From Nemertoderma westbladi (Eukaryota > Animalia > Xenacoelomorpha), in the NCBI GenBank assembly GCA_032718475.1, contig JAUCBJ010007243.1, forward strand, positions 62,001-126,000: a DNA stretch of 64,000 nt, given 5' to 3'. Each line of letters begins with the position of its first letter. Position 1 is the stretch's first letter. Below, one piece after another: positions 61,601 to 64,000 of this stretch. The position numbers and the translations under genes are program-made. A model generated the notes under the pieces. It was not told where the DNA came from. It did no database searches and saw only the letters and a list, made by a program, of their open reading frames with translations.

Positions 61601-64000
61601 GGACAGTCCAGGTATGTTGTATTGTTCAGTCCAGGTATGTTCTATTGGACAGTCCAGGTATGTTGTATTGGACAGTCCAGGTATGTTGTATTGGACAATC
61701 CAGGTATGTTCTATTGGACAGTCCATGTATGTTGTATTGGACAGTCCAGGTATGTTCTATTGGACAGTCCAGGTATGTTGTATTGGACAGTCCAGGTATG
61801 TTCTATTGGACAGTCCAGGTATGTTGTATTGGACAGTCCATGTATGTTGTATTGTTCAATCCAGGTATGTTCTATTGGACAGTCCAGGTATGTTGTATTG
61901 TTCAGTCCAGGTATGTTCTATTGGACAGTCCAGGTATGTTGTATTGGACAGTCCAGGTATGTTGTATTGGACAATCCAGGTATGTTCTATTGGACAGTCC
62001 ATGTATGTTGTATTGTTCAATCCAGGTATGTTCTATTGGACAGTCCAGGTATGTTGTATTGGACAGTCCAGGTATGTTCTATTGGACAGTCCAGGTATGT
62101 TGTATTGGACAGTCCATGTATGTTGTATTGTTCAATCCAGGTATGTTCTATTGGACAGTCCAGGTATGTTGTATTGTTCAGTCCAGGTATGTTCTATTGG
62201 ACAGTCCAGGTATGTTGTATTGTTCAGTCCAGGTATGTTCTATTGGACAGTCCAGGTATGTTGTATTGGACAGTCCATGTATGTTGTATTGTTCAATCCA
62301 GGTATGTTCTATTGGACAGTCCAGGTATGTTGTATTGGACAGTCCAGGTATGTTCTATTGGACAGTCCAGGTATGTTGTATTGGACAGTCCATGTATGTT
62401 GTATTGTTCAATCCAGGTATGTTCTATTGGACAGTCCAGGTATGTTGTATTGTTCAGTCCAGGTATGTTCTATTGGACAGTCCAGGTATGTTGTATTGGA
62501 CAGTCCATGTATGTTGTATTGTTCAATCCAGGTATGTTCTATTGGACAGTCCAGGTATGTTGTATTGGACAGTCCAGGTATGTTCTATTGTTCAATCCAG
62601 GTATGTTCTATTGGACAGTCCAGGTATGTTGTATTGTTCAGTCCAGGTATGTTGTATTGGACAGTCCAGGTATGTTGTATTGTTCAGTCCAGGTATGTTG
62701 TATTGTTCAGTCCAGGTATGTTGTATTGTTCAATCCAGGTATGTTCTATTGGACAGTCCAGGTATGTTGTATTGTTCAATCCAGGTATGTTGTATTGTTC
62801 AGGCCAGGTATGTTGTATTGTTCAATCCAGGTATGTTCTATTGGACAGTCCAGGTATGTTGTATTGTTCAGTCCAGGTATGTTCTATTGGACAGTCCAGG
62901 TATGTTGTATTGTTCAGTCCAGGTATGTTGTATTGGACAGTCCAGGTATGTTGTATTGTTCAGTCCAGGTATGTTGTATTGTTCAGTCCAGGTATGTTGT
63001 ATTGTTCAATCCAGGTATGTTCTATTGGACAGTCCAGGTATGTTGTATTGTTCAGTCCAGGTATGTTGTATTGGACAGTCCAGGTATGTTGTATTGTTCA
63101 GTCCAGGTATGTTGTATTGTTCAGTCCAGGTATGTTGTATTGTTCAATCCAGGTATGTTCTATTGGACAGTCCAGGTATGTTGTATTGTTCAATCCAGGT
63201 ATGTTGTATTGGACAGTCCAGGTATGTTCTATTGGACAGTCCAGGTATGTTGTATTGGACAGTCCAGGTATGTTCTATTGGACAGTCCAGGTATGTTCTA
63301 TTGGACAGTCCAGGTATGTTGTATTGTTCAGTCCAGGTATGTTGTATTGTTCAGTCCAGGTATGTTGTATTGTTCAATCCAGGTATGTTCTATTGGACAG
63401 TCCAGGTATGTTGTATTGTTCAGTCCAGGTATGTTGTATTGGACAGTCCAGGTATGTTGTATTGTTCAGTCCAGGTATGTTGTATTGTTCAGTCCAGGTA
63501 TGTTGTATTGTTCAATCCAGGTATGTTCTATTGGACAGTCCAGGTATGTTGTATTGTTCAATCCAGGTATGTTGTATTGGACAGTCCAGGTATGTTCTAT
63601 TGGACAGTCCAGGTATGTTCTATTGGACAGTCCAGGTATGTTGTATTGTTCAGGCCAGGTATGTTGTATTGTTCAATCCAGGTATGTTCTATTGGACAGT
63701 CCAGGTATGTTGTATTGTTCAGTCCAGGTATGTTCTATTGGACAGTCCAGGTATGTTGTATTGTTCAGGCCAGGTATGTTCTATTGGACAGTCCAGGTAT
63801 GTTGTATTGTTCAGTCCAGGTATGTTGTATTGGACAGTCCAGGTATGTTGTATTGTTCAGTCCAGGTATGTTGTATTGGACAGTCCAGGTATGTTGTATT
63901 GGACAGTCCAGGTATGTTGTATTGGACAGTCCAGGTATGTTCTATTGTTCAATCCAGGTATGTTCTATTGGACAGTCCAGGTATGTTGTATTGGACAGTC
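40624..64000 (+). repeat. 23-bp tandem array, about 1000 units, running off the window end; unit derived from the exon/intron junction
   Basis: Consensus tt[g/c]tattg[tt/ga]cagtccaggtatg. The first unit, 40624-40646, spans the splice donor. 23377 bp / 23 gives about 1016 units. Confidence 0.97.

Noticed and set aside
40624-64000. CRISPR-like array
   Set aside because: Head-to-tail units with no unique spacers, no cas genes, and a eukaryotic context.

Overview
AT-rich, repeat-dense genomic DNA from an invertebrate animal (spliceosomal GT-AG introns; no prokaryotic features). There are two divergently oriented genes. One is a complete ADAM10/Kuzbanian metalloprotease on the minus strand with only two coding exons (7173-5889, 4758-3434; about 869 aa). 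The other is a TR2/TR4-type orphan nuclear receptor (NR2C) on the plus strand, with exons from about 28.8 kb to 40641 and its 3' end outside the window. The spacer and introns hold RTE, L2/CR1 and Penelope fragments, SINEs, several TIR/MITE/foldback elements and minimal hammerhead ribozyme motifs. The main observation is that the last 23.4 kb is a single 23-bp tandem array (about 1000 units). Its unit is the NR2C exon/intron junction itself: the last 18 nt of the conserved IVLFSP-coding exon plus GTATG, so most units carry a CAG|GTATGT splice donor. A second, smaller and decayed donor-derived 21-bp array sits at another NR2C 5' splice site, suggesting a recurrent process. Comparing two copies of one transposon also shows repeated TA-xxxx-TA micro-insertions resembling transposon excision footprints, which cluster near the putative promoters. 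Coordinates were read by eye; repeat boundaries are approximate.
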